64,000 nt of DNA from Thermodesulfovibrionia bacterium (GTDB lineage Bacteria > Nitrospirota > Thermodesulfovibrionia > UBA6902). Positions 34,717 to 43,725 of this stretch are shown here, in pieces (the first letter of the stretch is position 1; each line of letters begins with the position of its first letter). The stretch is from positions 15,502-79,501 of the forward strand of contig JAGVNU010000042.1 in the NCBI GenBank assembly GCA_020053105.1, given 5' to 3'. The translations under genes and the position numbers were made by a program. A model generated the notes under the pieces. That model had not been told where the DNA came from. It was given only the letters and a program-made list of their open reading frames with translations, and did no database searches.

Positions 34717-35977
34717 CCTCTATTTGTAAATTATACAGTTTCTGGATAATACCCAGCATTTGTTCCTTGTCTTCCTCCTCTGCCTTTAGCGCGGCGGTCG
34801 GGGGATGGATGAGCTTGTTAACAATGGAGGAGGTAAGCTGTTCTATAGCTCTAATGGTTTTTTCTTCCAGCGGGCCCATCTTCATGAGGGTTTTTTCCAG
34901 CTCGCTCTTTCTTATTTCCTCTGCCTTGTTCCTGAGGGCAACAATGGTCGGCGTTGCAGTCAACGAAGCAGTCCATTTCAGGAAGGACCCGATTTCGTCA
35001 TCCACGATCTGCTCTGCCTTTTCAGCCTCTTTGGCCCTCTCCTGAATGTTTGTTTCGATGATCCCCTGAAGGTTATCTACATCATACAGGTATACATTAT
35101 CGAGGTCGTTGATTTCAGGATCGATGTTTCTCGGCACCGAGATATCAATGATGAACATGGGCTTCTGCTTTCTTTCTTTCATTATCCTGTGGACCTGTTC
35201 TTTCATTAAGATATAATGCGGGGCCCCGGTAGAGCAGATGACAATATCAATATGTCGCAATTCCTGCGTAAAATTATCAAACAGGACCACCTTCCCGCGG
35301 AACTCATGGGCAAGCTCTTCCGCCCGTGCCGTTGTACGATTGGTTACATAACCGTCTTTTATCCCGCTGTTTATCAGATGCCTGGCAGCGAGTTCCGCCA
35401 TCTCGCCGGCGCCGATAAGCATAAAGGATTTTGAGGACAGGTCGTCAAATATTTTTTTGGCGAGTTCAACGGCCGCAAAACTGATACTGACGGCGCTTTC
35501 CGCGATCTTTGTCTCTGTCCTGACACGCTTTGCCACGGAAACGGATTTCCGCATCAGTTTGTTGAGATACATGCCGGTAGTTTTATTCTGAAGGGCAGCG
35601 TCATAAGCATCCTTTAACTGGCCGAGGATCTGCGGCTCTCCGACAACCATGGAGTCAAGGCTTGCCGCAACCCTGTACATGTGTCTGATCGCTTCCTGGC
35701 CTTTATGGATGTACAGGGATTTATCAAGGAGCGCCTTCGGCACTTTATGGAAATCCGATATGAAATCTTTTATGCCCTCGACCCCGGCATTGATTTCATT
35801 TACCCCCGCATATATTTCAACCCTGTTGCATGTTGATAATATGATATTTTCTTTTACCACATCGGAGGTCTTCAGGATATTCACGGCCTCTTCAAGCTTG
35901 GGGCCGTTAAAGGCCACTTTTTCCCTGACCTCGATAGGCGCTGTCTTGTGGTTTAGTCCGACTACTAATATTTCCAT
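34697..35977 (-). CDS. hemA: Glutamyl-tRNA reductase
   Basis: ORF track 34697..36016. The internal ATG at 35977 gives MEILVVGLNHKTAPIEVREK. Further motifs: STCNRVEIY, GEPQILGQ, LIGAGEMAELAARHL. Overlaps hemC by 20 nt. Confidence 0.95.
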   Translation of the reverse strand: MEILVVGLNHKTAPIEVREKVAFNGPKLEEAVNILKTSDVVKENIILSTCNRVEIYAGVNEINAGVEGIKDFISDFHKVPKALLDKSLYIHKGQEAIRHMYRVAASLDSMVVGEPQILGQLKDAYDAALQNKTTGMYLNKLMRKSVSVAKRVRTETKIAESAVSISFAAVELAKKIFDDLSSKSFMLIGAGEMAELAARHLINSGIKDGYVTNRTTARAEELAHEFRGKVVLFDNFTQELRHIDIVICSTGAPHYILMKEQVHRIMKERKQKPMFIIDISVPRNIDPEINDLDNVYLYDVDNLQGIIETNIQERAKEAEKAEQIVDDEIGSFLKWTASLTATPTIVALRNKAEEIRKSELEKTLMKMGPLEEKTIRAIEQLTSSIVNKLIHPPTAALKAEEEDKEQMLGIIQKLYNLQIEDDNDKT

Positions 35978-36042
35978 ATTTAATAAAAGTGATGAGTAAT
36001 GAGTAAGAGTAGTCACATATCACGCATTACTCATCACATCAC

Positions 36043-36870
36043 TTACATGAATACATGACTTCCTTTCAGGATAAGGGTAACACCATAGAAGGCGAATATT
36101 ATTATTACAAAGCCGACGATCGAGAGAATGGCCGCCTTTTTGCCGCGCCATCCGACGGTAAGCCGCAAATGGAGTACAAGCGCATAAATAAGCCATGTTA
36201 TGAGGGACCATACCTCTTTTGGGTCCCATCTCCAGTAAGTTCCCCAGGCGGAGTTGGCCCATATTACACCGGTGATCATCGCAAAGGTCAAAAGCGGAAA
36301 CCCCAGTGTTATGAGGTGGTAGTTAATATCGTCAAGGACCTGAAGGCTCGGCAGCTTCTGAAACAGCCCTCCCAGGTGCTTTGATTTCACGAAACGCTCC
36401 TGCAGGAGATACATGATTCCGATGCCGCAAGCCATTGCAAAAGCGGCATCGCCCAGAAAGGCCAGTATCACATGGATACCGAACCAGTAGCTTTGAAGCA
36501 CCGGGCTTAAGGCCTTTATCTCACGAGGGAAAATTGAAGCTGAAAACATAAGTAGAAAAACTATGGGCATGATAAACGAACTCAGCAGCCCGAGCTTATA
36601 ACGGAGTTCATGGAAAAAGAACAATATCAGCACACACCATGAAAAGAATGAGGTTGCCTCGTGCATGTTCGTGACGGGGATATGCCCGCCCTGAATGTAC
36701 CTTACAATTATATTTGCGGTGTGAAAAAGAAAACCCGTTGCCGCAAGATAAAACGCCAGCCGGGAAGAGGTTTTTTTCCCCCGGAAGATCTCTACTATTC
36801 CTGCGATTGTGGCTATAAAATAAAAGGTAAGCGCCAGTTCAAATAAAAGGACATTTATTTCCATCTGCAA
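36043..36870 (-). CDS. ccsA: System II cytochrome c biogenesis haem-handling protein (CcsA/HemX-type)
   Basis: 275-aa polytopic membrane ORF with the Trp-rich WWD motif WANSAWGTYWRWDPKEVWSLITWL and conserved His residues. First gene of the ccsA-hemA-hemC operon. Confidence 0.85.
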   Translation of the reverse strand: MQMEINVLLFELALTFYFIATIAGIVEIFRGKKTSSRLAFYLAATGFLFHTANIIVRYIQGGHIPVTNMHEATSFFSWCVLILFFFHELRYKLGLLSSFIMPIVFLLMFSASIFPREIKALSPVLQSYWFGIHVILAFLGDAAFAMACGIGIMYLLQERFVKSKHLGGLFQKLPSLQVLDDINYHLITLGFPLLTFAMITGVIWANSAWGTYWRWDPKEVWSLITWLIYALVLHLRLTVGWRGKKAAILSIVGFVIIIFAFYGVTLILKGSHVFM

Positions 36871-36911
36871 AATTATATACTCCTTAGCTGTCGGATGTTT
36901 ATCGACCAGAC

Positions 36912-36936
36912 AATTAATGTAGTTTACACATTAATT
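36912..36936. promoter_or_regulatory. Perfect 9-bp inverted repeat (AATTAATGT-N7-ACATTAATT) upstream of ccsA-hemA-hemC
   Basis: aattaatgt (36912-20), agtttac, acattaatt (36928-36). About 45-65 nt upstream of the ccsA start (36870, minus strand). Candidate operator for an unknown regulator. Confidence 0.4.
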
Positions 36937-36988
36937 ATATCTCGGCGTTAATCAGAATATTCTTAATTCTATTATATTGTACCTGTAA

Positions 36989-37546
36989 TTAGTTTATATA
37001 TTTTTTGATATAGGCAATGAATTTGTCAATTTCGCCCTGTTTTTTTATCAGGTCTATCCGGAAAGTCAGGGCATTTTTTTGTGATAGAGAGGTCATTGAA
37101 GAAGAATTTTTTATTTGCCGGGGGGAATTAATAACGATGACATCTGCCTTTTCACTCAGCTCTCTGGCCGATGGTTTTATCTGTCCGTCCTCTCCGATAA
37201 TAAATATAATCAGATCGGGATTCAGATATTTTGCAGGACTGTTACCCTCAAACACTACACCTTTAAGCCCATCCATCATGCCCATCGCAAGACCCAAATC
37301 ATGTTCCAGATCGCTGCCGCTGCTTTTTACCCATACAACCTTTTCAGCGCCGGACCGGGACATGATTGCGGTATCTTTGTCTTTTTGCATGATGATGTCA
37401 GGATCATCAATGACAGAAGTATAGAGAGGGGTCTTTGTGAATTTGACAGCACCGAAGCCTTTGAGGTTTTCAAGCAGGATCGAGCAGAGCGTTGTCTTTC
37501 CCACGCTGCTGTGGGCCCCGGTTACGGAGATTATTTTAAATGACAT
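36989..37546 (-). CDS. MobB-like P-loop NTPase
   Basis: ORF track 36989..37582; ATG at 37546 gives MSFKIISVTGAHSSVGKTTLCSILLENL. The layout resembles MobB (P-loop, then AVKFTK.., KDTAIMSRSGAEKVVWV). Assignment is tentative. Confidence 0.45.
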   Translation of the reverse strand: MSFKIISVTGAHSSVGKTTLCSILLENLKGFGAVKFTKTPLYTSVIDDPDIIMQKDKDTAIMSRSGAEKVVWVKSSGSDLEHDLGLAMGMMDGLKGVVFEGNSPAKYLNPDLIIFIIGEDGQIKPSARELSEKADVIVINSPRQIKNSSSMTSLSQKNALTFRIDLIKKQGEIDKFIAYIKKYIN

Positions 37547-37600
37547 AAATACAGGATACAGGATGCAGGATGTAAGGCGCAAGATTTGGCGGCAATATAG

Positions 37601-38024
37601 TCAATTTGACGAGGGTTTTTGCTTTTCCTCAATACTACCGTCATGGCTACGGGCCCAGTCAATAGAGCCGTGTAGTTTGTAAAGGTGGAAAACACCTTCA
37701 AGGTAACTTCCTTGATCTTCGCTGGCACGTGGGCGTCCTACGATGTCGTACCCAAAAAAACGGGGAATCGTAATTGCGCAGTTGCATGAAAGAAAACCCG
37801 TCAATGACCACTAATCCCAGGTCGCCAGCCGCCCGTTCAAAGCACAAGTCATAGTTTGTTGTGAAAATTTTCAGGCGTGGATCAAGAATGACCTTCTTAC
37901 AATCACCGACAAAATTAGATACATCCGTGTCTTTATTTACTTGTAAAAAGGCATCACAGCGGGAAAGAAATTCTTCGATATTGGGGGTAAGTGTTTTTAA
38001 ATCATATGTAATTTTGCCAGCCAA
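37601..38024 (-). pseudogene. Frameshifted, truncated SIR2-like (SIR2_2 / defence-type) gene remnant
   Basis: Two overlapping minus-strand ORFs in different frames. One has KIFTTNYDLCFERAAGDLGLVVIDGFSF (TTNYD motif). The other has VFHLYKLHGSIDWARSHDGS (KLHGS motif). No C-terminal effector or continuation. Confidence 0.6.
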
Positions 38025-38163
38025 CGTAATTGCTGCTTCTATTGGTGTCTTACCGATTGCCGCATCCCATAAAATCTACCATCAGGTTAAACAGCAAGAA
38101 TTAAATAGCAACATGAGGAGCATTATTCAAGTATGCTTGAATAATGAGGAAGGAACGTCCGGC

Positions 38164-39126
38164 TTACTCCTTCTTTTCTCCCTGCGTACCCTCAGGCCTT
38201 TTTTCACAGCGGTCCAGATCGAGGTCTTCGTATGAAGCAGGGTCATGCAGGGACTCCAGATGAGTAAATGCGCTGACATTCGGCAGGGCGCTGCGGATGT
38301 CGGCCTCTATACATTCCAGGAGCTGATGCCCGCGCTCGACAGTCCACATGCCGGGGACAAGTACATGGAGTGATACAAAACGGCGGGACCCTGCCTGACG
38401 GGTGCGGATGGCGTGGCATTCTACGCCGTCGTGGATGTAAGGCTGCAGGGCTTTCATCACCGCATCCTGTTCTTCTGCAGGCAGCGCCGTATCCATCAGC
38501 CCCAGCATGGACTCACGCACAATGCGGACACCTGACCAGACGATATTGCCCGCGACAATTAAGGCGACTACAGGATCTAAACGTTGCCATCCGGTCAGCG
38601 CCACTGCGCCGACACCGGCCAACACGCCGACTGACGTCCACACATCCGTAAGCAGGTGATGTGCGTTTGCCTTGAGAGTGATTGAGTTATGGCGTTTACC
38701 TGCCTTTAACAGGACAAGCGCAACGAATAAGTTGACGAAAGAAGCCGCTACTGAAACCATCAGTCCCAATCCGATCTGCTCAAGCGGTCTTGGCGAGATA
38801 AGCCGTTGCCCTGCCGCAACACCGATGCTTACAGCAGCGATAAGAATCAATGTCCCTTCCACCCCGCTCGAAAAATACTCGGCCTTGCTGTGTCCGTAGG
38901 CATGGTCCTCATCAGCAGGACGGGCGGCTATCGTCAGCATCGCCAGCGCCATGATTGCGCCGACAAGGTTTACAATTGACTCCAGCGCGTCTGAAAGCAG
39001 TCCCACCGAACCTGTCAGCAGGTACGCTATAGTCTTGAGCGCAATGGTGACAATTGCGGCGGAAATCGACAGCCACGCAAAGCGCGTTAGAAATGAACGG
39101 TCAGTAGTTGTATTGTCCTGTGTCAT
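38164..39126 (-). CDS. Cation diffusion facilitator (CDF) family metal efflux transporter
   Basis: 320-aa ORF with six TM helices. CDF motifs: [39 protein letters not shown]-terminal cytoplasmic domain ([21 protein letters not shown]). Visibly higher GC than its neighbours. Confidence 0.85.
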   Translation of the reverse strand: MTQDNTTTDRSFLTRFAWLSISAAIVTIALKTIAYLLTGSVGLLSDALESIVNLVGAIMALAMLTIAARPADEDHAYGHSKAEYFSSGVEGTLILIAAVSIGVAAGQRLISPRPLEQIGLGLMVSVAASFVNLFVALVLLKAGKRHNSITLKANAHHLLTDVWTSVGVLAGVGAVALTGWQRLDPVVALIVAGNIVWSGVRIVRESMLGLMDTALPAEEQDAVMKALQPYIHDGVECHAIRTRQAGSRRFVSLHVLVPGMWTVERGHQLLECIEADIRSALPNVSAFTHLESLHDPASYEDLDLDRCEKRPEGTQGEKKE

Positions 39127-39233
39127 TGTTCAATCTAGATTGTAACATATGCGTTTAATGACCTGAGCCCCAAAGATTATGCCCGTAATCAAACGCAAAG
39201 CTGTCTCATGGAAACGCCTATTTTATGGATTAA

Positions 39234-40637
39234 TCAAGCAGGCAGAATGATTGTAAAGCAGCTCCCATGTCCTGCCTCGCTCTCTGCCTTTATACCCCCG
39301 TTATGCGCCTCGATGATTGCCTTTGCTATACTGAGTCCAAGCCCTGATCCTTCAACGCTGCGTGAAACATCCGAACGGTAGAACCTGTCAAATATTCTGT
39401 CCATATCATCTCTTCGGATGCCGGAGCCGGTATCTTTTATCATGACAGTAATATGGCCTCTGTTTTTTGAAAGGGCAACATCTACGGCGCCCCCCGGCTT
39501 GTTATACCTTACCGCATTTTCAATCACATTGAGAAAGGCCTCTGTTAATGTATTCTGATCGCCTGTTATGTCCATATCTTCCGCGTCCCTGAATCGCGGA
39601 TTGATTTTTACTCCGGTCTTGCCGGCAAGGACTCCCGCCAATTGCACGGCCTTTTCAAGAATATTTTTTATGGGAATCATTTGAAAACTTCCGGATGAGA
39701 GTATGCCTGAATCGAGCCGGGCCAGGGAAAGCATGTCTTCCACAATCTTCTTCATCGTGTCAGATGTATGTCTGATTGTGTTTAATGCCGCCGTGTATTC
39801 ATCTGTTGTCCTGTCCTTTTGCAGGAGGACATCGCACTTGGTTTTGATCACGGACAAAGGGGTCTTTAATTCATGGGAGGCGTCTGCTATTAACCGTTTC
39901 TCCGCGTCAAAGGCGGACTGGAGCCTTTCAAGCATTTTATTGAATGACGACGCGATCCCGATCAGCTCTCTTGCCTCCGCTTCCGTTTCTATCCTTTCAT
40001 TGAGTGTCTTGTGTGTTATCGTCTCTATCTTTGAGGAAAATATACTGAGAGGGTCCAGAGATTTTTTTGTTATCCATAAACTGACAAGTCCGCCTGTCAG
40101 AATGCTTAACGGGATTATGATAAACAGAAAGTATCTGAACCTGTTTATCATGCTGAGACTCTCTCTCAGGCTTTCAGCGGTAAATATACTGACCGGCTGT
40201 CCCATGAAATCCAGGTCATGCTGAAGCACACGCAAAGGTTCATTGTCAGGCCCGACGGACAGGTAGATCTTCTCTCCGAGTTTTTCATCACCGGAGACAA
40301 TTTTCCCTGACGCCAGATTAAATTCACTGCTCACGAGTGAGTGGGATATTGCCGCAGGTTCGCCGTTTATCAAAACCTTATAGTAATGCCCTGACCGCGG
40401 GATTGAGTATTCACCTGAAATGACCTCTGAAAGTTCAAGATTAATCCCTCCATCTTCTTCGTGCAGAAGCCCTACGATAAGCTGGGTCTGGGAGTGGAGT
40501 ATATCATCAACCGATGAAATTACTATGTCCCCTATTTTATTGTACAGAAAGAACCCGAGTGCAATCAGCAGAAGCGACGCAAATGAGAACAACCATAATA
40601 GCAGTCTTCCCTTTATGGACCCCGGTACAAGTTTCAT
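39234..40637 (-). CDS. Sensor histidine kinase (heavy-metal CusS-like architecture)
   Basis: 467-aa ORF. Two TM helices flank a periplasmic domain. HAMP, H-box DASHELKTPLSVI, N/G boxes (NAVRYNKPGG, DTGSGI, GSGLGLSIAKAI). 4-nt overlap with the regulator gene. Confidence 0.85.
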   Translation of the reverse strand: MKLVPGSIKGRLLLWLFSFASLLLIALGFFLYNKIGDIVISSVDDILHSQTQLIVGLLHEEDGGINLELSEVISGEYSIPRSGHYYKVLINGEPAAISHSLVSSEFNLASGKIVSGDEKLGEKIYLSVGPDNEPLRVLQHDLDFMGQPVSIFTAESLRESLSMINRFRYFLFIIIPLSILTGGLVSLWITKKSLDPLSIFSSKIETITHKTLNERIETEAEARELIGIASSFNKMLERLQSAFDAEKRLIADASHELKTPLSVIKTKCDVLLQKDRTTDEYTAALNTIRHTSDTMKKIVEDMLSLARLDSGILSSGSFQMIPIKNILEKAVQLAGVLAGKTGVKINPRFRDAEDMDITGDQNTLTEAFLNVIENAVRYNKPGGAVDVALSKNRGHITVMIKDTGSGIRRDDMDRIFDRFYRSDVSRSVEGSGLGLSIAKAIIEAHNGGIKAESEAGHGSCFTIILPA

Positions 40638-41308
40638 TTTCCTTCTTTCAGGACATATCCGGCGCCCCTGACTGTGTGGATTAACTGCACGGCAAAATCT
40701 TTGTCTATCTTGTTTCTCAGATAGTTGATGTAGACATCTATAATGTTGCTGTCAGGGTCCGCGTCCATTTCGTAAATATGCTCCATGAGTTCTGTCCTGC
40801 CGATGACCCTGTTCTTGTTCAGCGCGAGATACTCAAGCATGTTGTATTCTCTGGATGAAAGCTTTATGTCCCTCCCGCCTCTCCTGATTTCCCTGGAATT
40901 TGTATCCATAGTAAGGTCTCCTATAACAATCACAGGGGCCGGTTTCCCCTTGCTTCTTCTGATCACGGACCTGAGCCTTGCAAGCAGCTCCGAAAAATCA
41001 AAGGGCTTTGCGATATAGTCATCAGCCCCGATGTTCAACCCCTTTATCCTGTCTTCGACCTCGCCTCTGGCCGTAAGCATCACCACCGGCATGTCGATCT
41101 TTTTCTTTCGTAATGTGTTGAGTATTGCAAGACCATCCATTTTCGGAAGCATGATATCCAGAAGCAGAACGTCATAGGGATAGTTCTCTGCCATAAACAA
41201 CCCCTCCTCCCCGTCATAGGACACATCCACTGCAAAGGAATTTTCCTCGAGCCCTTTTTTCAGGGTGAGCGCCAGATCTTTTTCGTCTTCTACAATCAGT
41301 ACCTTCAT
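40634..41308 (-). CDS. OmpR-family response regulator (CusR-like)
   Basis: 224-aa ORF. REC domain (MKVLIVEDE...DVLLLDIMLPKMDG...LTARG) plus a winged-helix trans_reg_C domain (LSSREYNMLEYLALNKNRV...IHTVRGAGYVL). Confidence 0.9.
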   Translation of the reverse strand: MKVLIVEDEKDLALTLKKGLEENSFAVDVSYDGEEGLFMAENYPYDVLLLDIMLPKMDGLAILNTLRKKKIDMPVVMLTARGEVEDRIKGLNIGADDYIAKPFDFSELLARLRSVIRRSKGKPAPVIVIGDLTMDTNSREIRRGGRDIKLSSREYNMLEYLALNKNRVIGRTELMEHIYEMDADPDSNIIDVYINYLRNKIDKDFAVQLIHTVRGAGYVLKEGK

Positions 41309-41360
41309 GTATCAGCCGCCATCCTTTTCTTTATACCTGAGATTGTAACATCCGGCATAC

Positions 41361-41694
41361 TTAGTCGTCATCGTTTTTCTGATGATCGCGGTCCCTGCCT
41401 TCGTGTTTTTCTGCCTTGTCCTCGTTTTCGCCCAGTTGAACTGAGATTCCGATGCCCGGCACAGTCGTCTGCCCGGAGTTCGGATCGTAGCCGTTAAAAA
41501 GACCTGCTGTCCAGAATCCGGTCAAAAGCAGAAAGAGAACTCCTGCAAGCGGCCTGGCCAAGAAGCGCATGAATATGAAATAGAGGGGCCTCGTCCGACG
41601 TGAATTGTGCAATGCTGAAGGCTGCCGCAAAGGTGACTGCCAACAGCCAGTGGAACAATCGTGTCGGAAAATCCCAGACTTTAATGCGTGTCAT
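41361..41694 (-). pseudogene. Possible frameshifted/truncated cytochrome b561-family membrane protein
   Basis: MTRIKVWDFPTRLFHWLLAVTFAAAFSIAQF...FHIHALLG is a typical N-terminus of the b561/PF01292-type family. The reading continues in another frame (PLAGVLFLLLTGFWTAG...) and stops far short of the usual 4-TM length. Confidence 0.35.
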
Positions 41695-41774
41695 CTCAAA
41701 ACTCCTTTTTTTTCGAACTACTTGTTGTTCTTCCGGGTGCGGGGCAAATGCCCTGCACCGCATCGTTGACCTTG

Positions 41775-42362
41775 TTATTTTTTGTCCTTTCTGATGTCAA
41801 TCCGGTAGGCATGGAATGTCTTTCCTGAAAGAATGCCTGTGACTTCCGCAATAGCTCCGACCCCGGCCATGCCGGACTCTTCATTAATCACTGTGTCCTT
41901 TGATACGAACACTTCCTTGCCGCTGACAATCCATGTGCCTAACAGACCTTCGGGAATTCTCTCCACTTTGCCGGAGATCCTGAGTTCACTTCCATCCGTC
42001 TGCATTCTATTTTCATTTCCAGATGGCTGCATTCTAATTTCACTTCCAACAGGCTGCTCGGACAAGGCCCTTTTCACCTCAATCTCATATGCCGTAAATG
42101 CCTTACCCGAGAGATTGCCTTCAACCTCCACATATGCCCCGACCGCGGCCTTGCCATGCTTTTCTTTAATGATCGTGTCCTTTGTTACAAGCACTTCCTT
42201 CCCGTTCACAACCCATACTCCGTCAATCCCTTCGGGCATTTTTTCAACAGTCCCGTAAAACTTGCTCTCATATCTTGCGCCCCATACCGCGCCGGCATAC
42301 ACCATGCCGCCTGTTAAGGCCAGGAGTAAAAATACTGCCAGAACATTTAATAAGGTTTTCAT
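41775..42362 (-). CDS. Secreted protein with two DUF5666-like repeats
   Basis: 195-aa ORF with a signal peptide. Internal duplication: FYGTVEKMPEGIDGVWVVNGKEVLVTKDTIIKEKHGKAAVGAYVEVEGNLSGKAFTAYEIEV versus ISGKVERIPEGLLGTWIVSGKEVFVSKDTVINEESGMAGVGAIAEVTGILSGKTFHAYRIDI. Confidence 0.55.
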   Translation of the reverse strand: MKTLLNVLAVFLLLALTGGMVYAGAVWGARYESKFYGTVEKMPEGIDGVWVVNGKEVLVTKDTIIKEKHGKAAVGAYVEVEGNLSGKAFTAYEIEVKRALSEQPVGSEIRMQPSGNENRMQTDGSELRISGKVERIPEGLLGTWIVSGKEVFVSKDTVINEESGMAGVGAIAEVTGILSGKTFHAYRIDIRKDKK

Positions 42363-42562
42363 TGTGTTCTCCTTTCCTGCTGATTGTTTGAATTTATTTT
42401 AATTCGTCTTTGACTTCATCATATCAGGTGGAAGATTAAAGGAAGATTAGAGCTTGATCAAAGAGCAATAGAGAGACCCGGATTGTTGCTGCTGACCGGT
42501 TCAGCCTGTCTTAAAGGGGGGACATTAATATAAATTTTCCACATGGGTCAAAAGACGCTTTA

Positions 42563-42592
42563 TTGACAGGCCTGCTGCAAAGATTGTAGATT
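42563..42592 (+). promoter_or_regulatory. Candidate sigma70 promoter for the fmdE-like gene
   Basis: TTGACA (42563-68), 18-nt spacer, TAGATT (42587-92). About 65 nt upstream of the ATG at 42659. Confidence 0.4.
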
Positions 42593-42658
42593 TGATTACA
42601 CAGAGGCCGGAAAGAAATTTCTGCATGTGTCATTTTAAAAGAATTAGAATTATCAGCT

Positions 42659-43249
42659 ATGTCAACGTATATGGATTTTGAAAAACTGCTCGAAGAATCA
42701 GTAAGGACACACGGCCATCTTTGCCCCGGACAGGTGCTGGGCGTGCGGTTGAGCATACACGGACTGGCCCTCATTGGAATAAATGACCCAAAGGGAGCTG
42801 ACAGGAAAAAGCTGGTGGTCTATGTTGAAATCGACAGGTGCGCCACTGATGCCATCCAGTCTGTGACCGGGTGCAGCCTTGGGAAAAGGTCCCTGAAATT
42901 TATGGATTACGGAAAGATGGCGGCGACTTTCGTAAACCTTGAAACAGGCAGGGCAGTGAGGATACTCGCTAAAGAGGAGGCCAAAGTCATAGCCAAGAAT
43001 TATATCCCGGACATTGAGGATAAATATAAATGCCAGCTTGAAGCTTATAAGATAATGCCCGTTGAAGAGCTTTTTAAATGGAAGGAAGTTGAAGTCAAAA
43101 TTCCTGAAGAGGACATGCCGGGGAGACCCAAAAGAAGGGTCAAATGTGTGAATTGCGGAGAGCATGTCCAGGACAACAGAGACGTTGTTTCAGAAGGCAG
43201 GACGCTTTGCAAGGCCTGTGCGATAGGATCATATTATAGGGCATTGTAG
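42659..43249 (+). CDS. FmdE-family protein with C-terminal zinc-ribbon
   Basis: 196-aa ORF. Has the hallmark THGHLCPGQVLGVR, DRCATDAIQSVTGCSLGKR, and C-terminal CVNCGEHV...CKAC. Confidence 0.8.
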   Translation: MSTYMDFEKLLEESVRTHGHLCPGQVLGVRLSIHGLALIGINDPKGADRKKLVVYVEIDRCATDAIQSVTGCSLGKRSLKFMDYGKMAATFVNLETGRAVRILAKEEAKVIAKNYIPDIEDKYKCQLEAYKIMPVEELFKWKEVEVKIPEEDMPGRPKRRVKCVNCGEHVQDNRDVVSEGRTLCKACAIGSYYRAL

Positions 43250-43275
43250 GGGCGGGATTTTCCCGCCCTATTTTA
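43250..43275 (+). terminator. Rho-independent terminator 1 after fmdE-like gene
   Basis: gggcggga (43250-57) ttt tcccgccc (43261-68), followed by tatttta. Confidence 0.65.
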
Positions 43276-43295
43276 TGTGTACGTTTGTTAACATC

Positions 43296-43328
43296 AGGGG
43301 CGAGACAACCTCGCCCCTATATTTTTTT
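43296..43328 (+). terminator. Rho-independent terminator 2
   Basis: aggggcgag (43296-304) acaac ctcgcccct (43310-18), followed by atattttttt. Confidence 0.75.
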
Positions 43329-43334
43329 CTGGAC

Positions 43335-43362
43335 ACCGTTATGACATATATGTTATAACGGT
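43335..43362. promoter_or_regulatory. 28-bp near-perfect palindrome resembling a ModE (molybdate regulator) box
   Basis: accgttatgacata|tatgttataacggt (13 of 14 arm positions pair). Contains CGTTAT-N12-ATAACG. Ends 4 nt before the ATG of the ModE-N-like gene. Confidence 0.5.
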
Positions 43363-43365
43363 AGC

Positions 43366-43713
43366 ATGGAAGTGAGATCAAAGATATGGATTGAGGCGGA
43401 GGGGAAACCATTATTCGGCAGCGGCAGGGAAGCGCTCCTCAAGGCTATCGACAGATTGGGATCTATCAATAAGGCAGCGAAAGACATCCATATCTCATAC
43501 AGGAAGGCATTGAGTTATATTCAGTCCATGGAAGAGCGTATCGGGAGCAGGCTTGTGGAAAGGCAGGCAGGAGGCGTTAATGGCGGCGGAGCAGTATTGA
43601 CCGAGGAAGCTAAAGACTTTCTAAGAAAATTTGAACTGCTCGAAGAGGGGATAAATGAACTGCTCGACAAGAAGTTCCTTGATATTTTCGGCAACAGTAA
43701 AAAGAAAAGATAA
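43366..43713 (+). CDS. ModE N-terminal-domain-like winged-helix regulator (molybdate-responsive family)
   Basis: 115-aa ORF. Motifs: GREALLKAIDRLGSINKAAKDIHISYRKALSYIQSMEERIGSRLVERQAGGVNGGGAVLTEEA. No Mop domains. Confidence 0.7.
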   Translation: MEVRSKIWIEAEGKPLFGSGREALLKAIDRLGSINKAAKDIHISYRKALSYIQSMEERIGSRLVERQAGGVNGGGAVLTEEAKDFLRKFELLEEGINELLDKKFLDIFGNSKKKR

Positions 43714-43725
43714 TTAGGAGGGACC

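Noticed and set aside
41361-41763. Treating the two overlapping minus-strand ORFs as one intact cytochrome b561 gene
   Set aside because: The reading frame changes after ...FHIHALLG, and the remaining sequence ends in a charged tail after one more helix. It is either a pseudogene or two small unrelated ORFs, so I reported it only as a low-confidence pseudogene.
42593-42658. Possible Moco riboswitch in front of the fmdE-like/moaA genes
   Set aside because: The leader is only about 65 nt here, and only 28 nt lie before moaA. That is too short for the roughly 140-nt Moco motif, and I saw no conserved elements.
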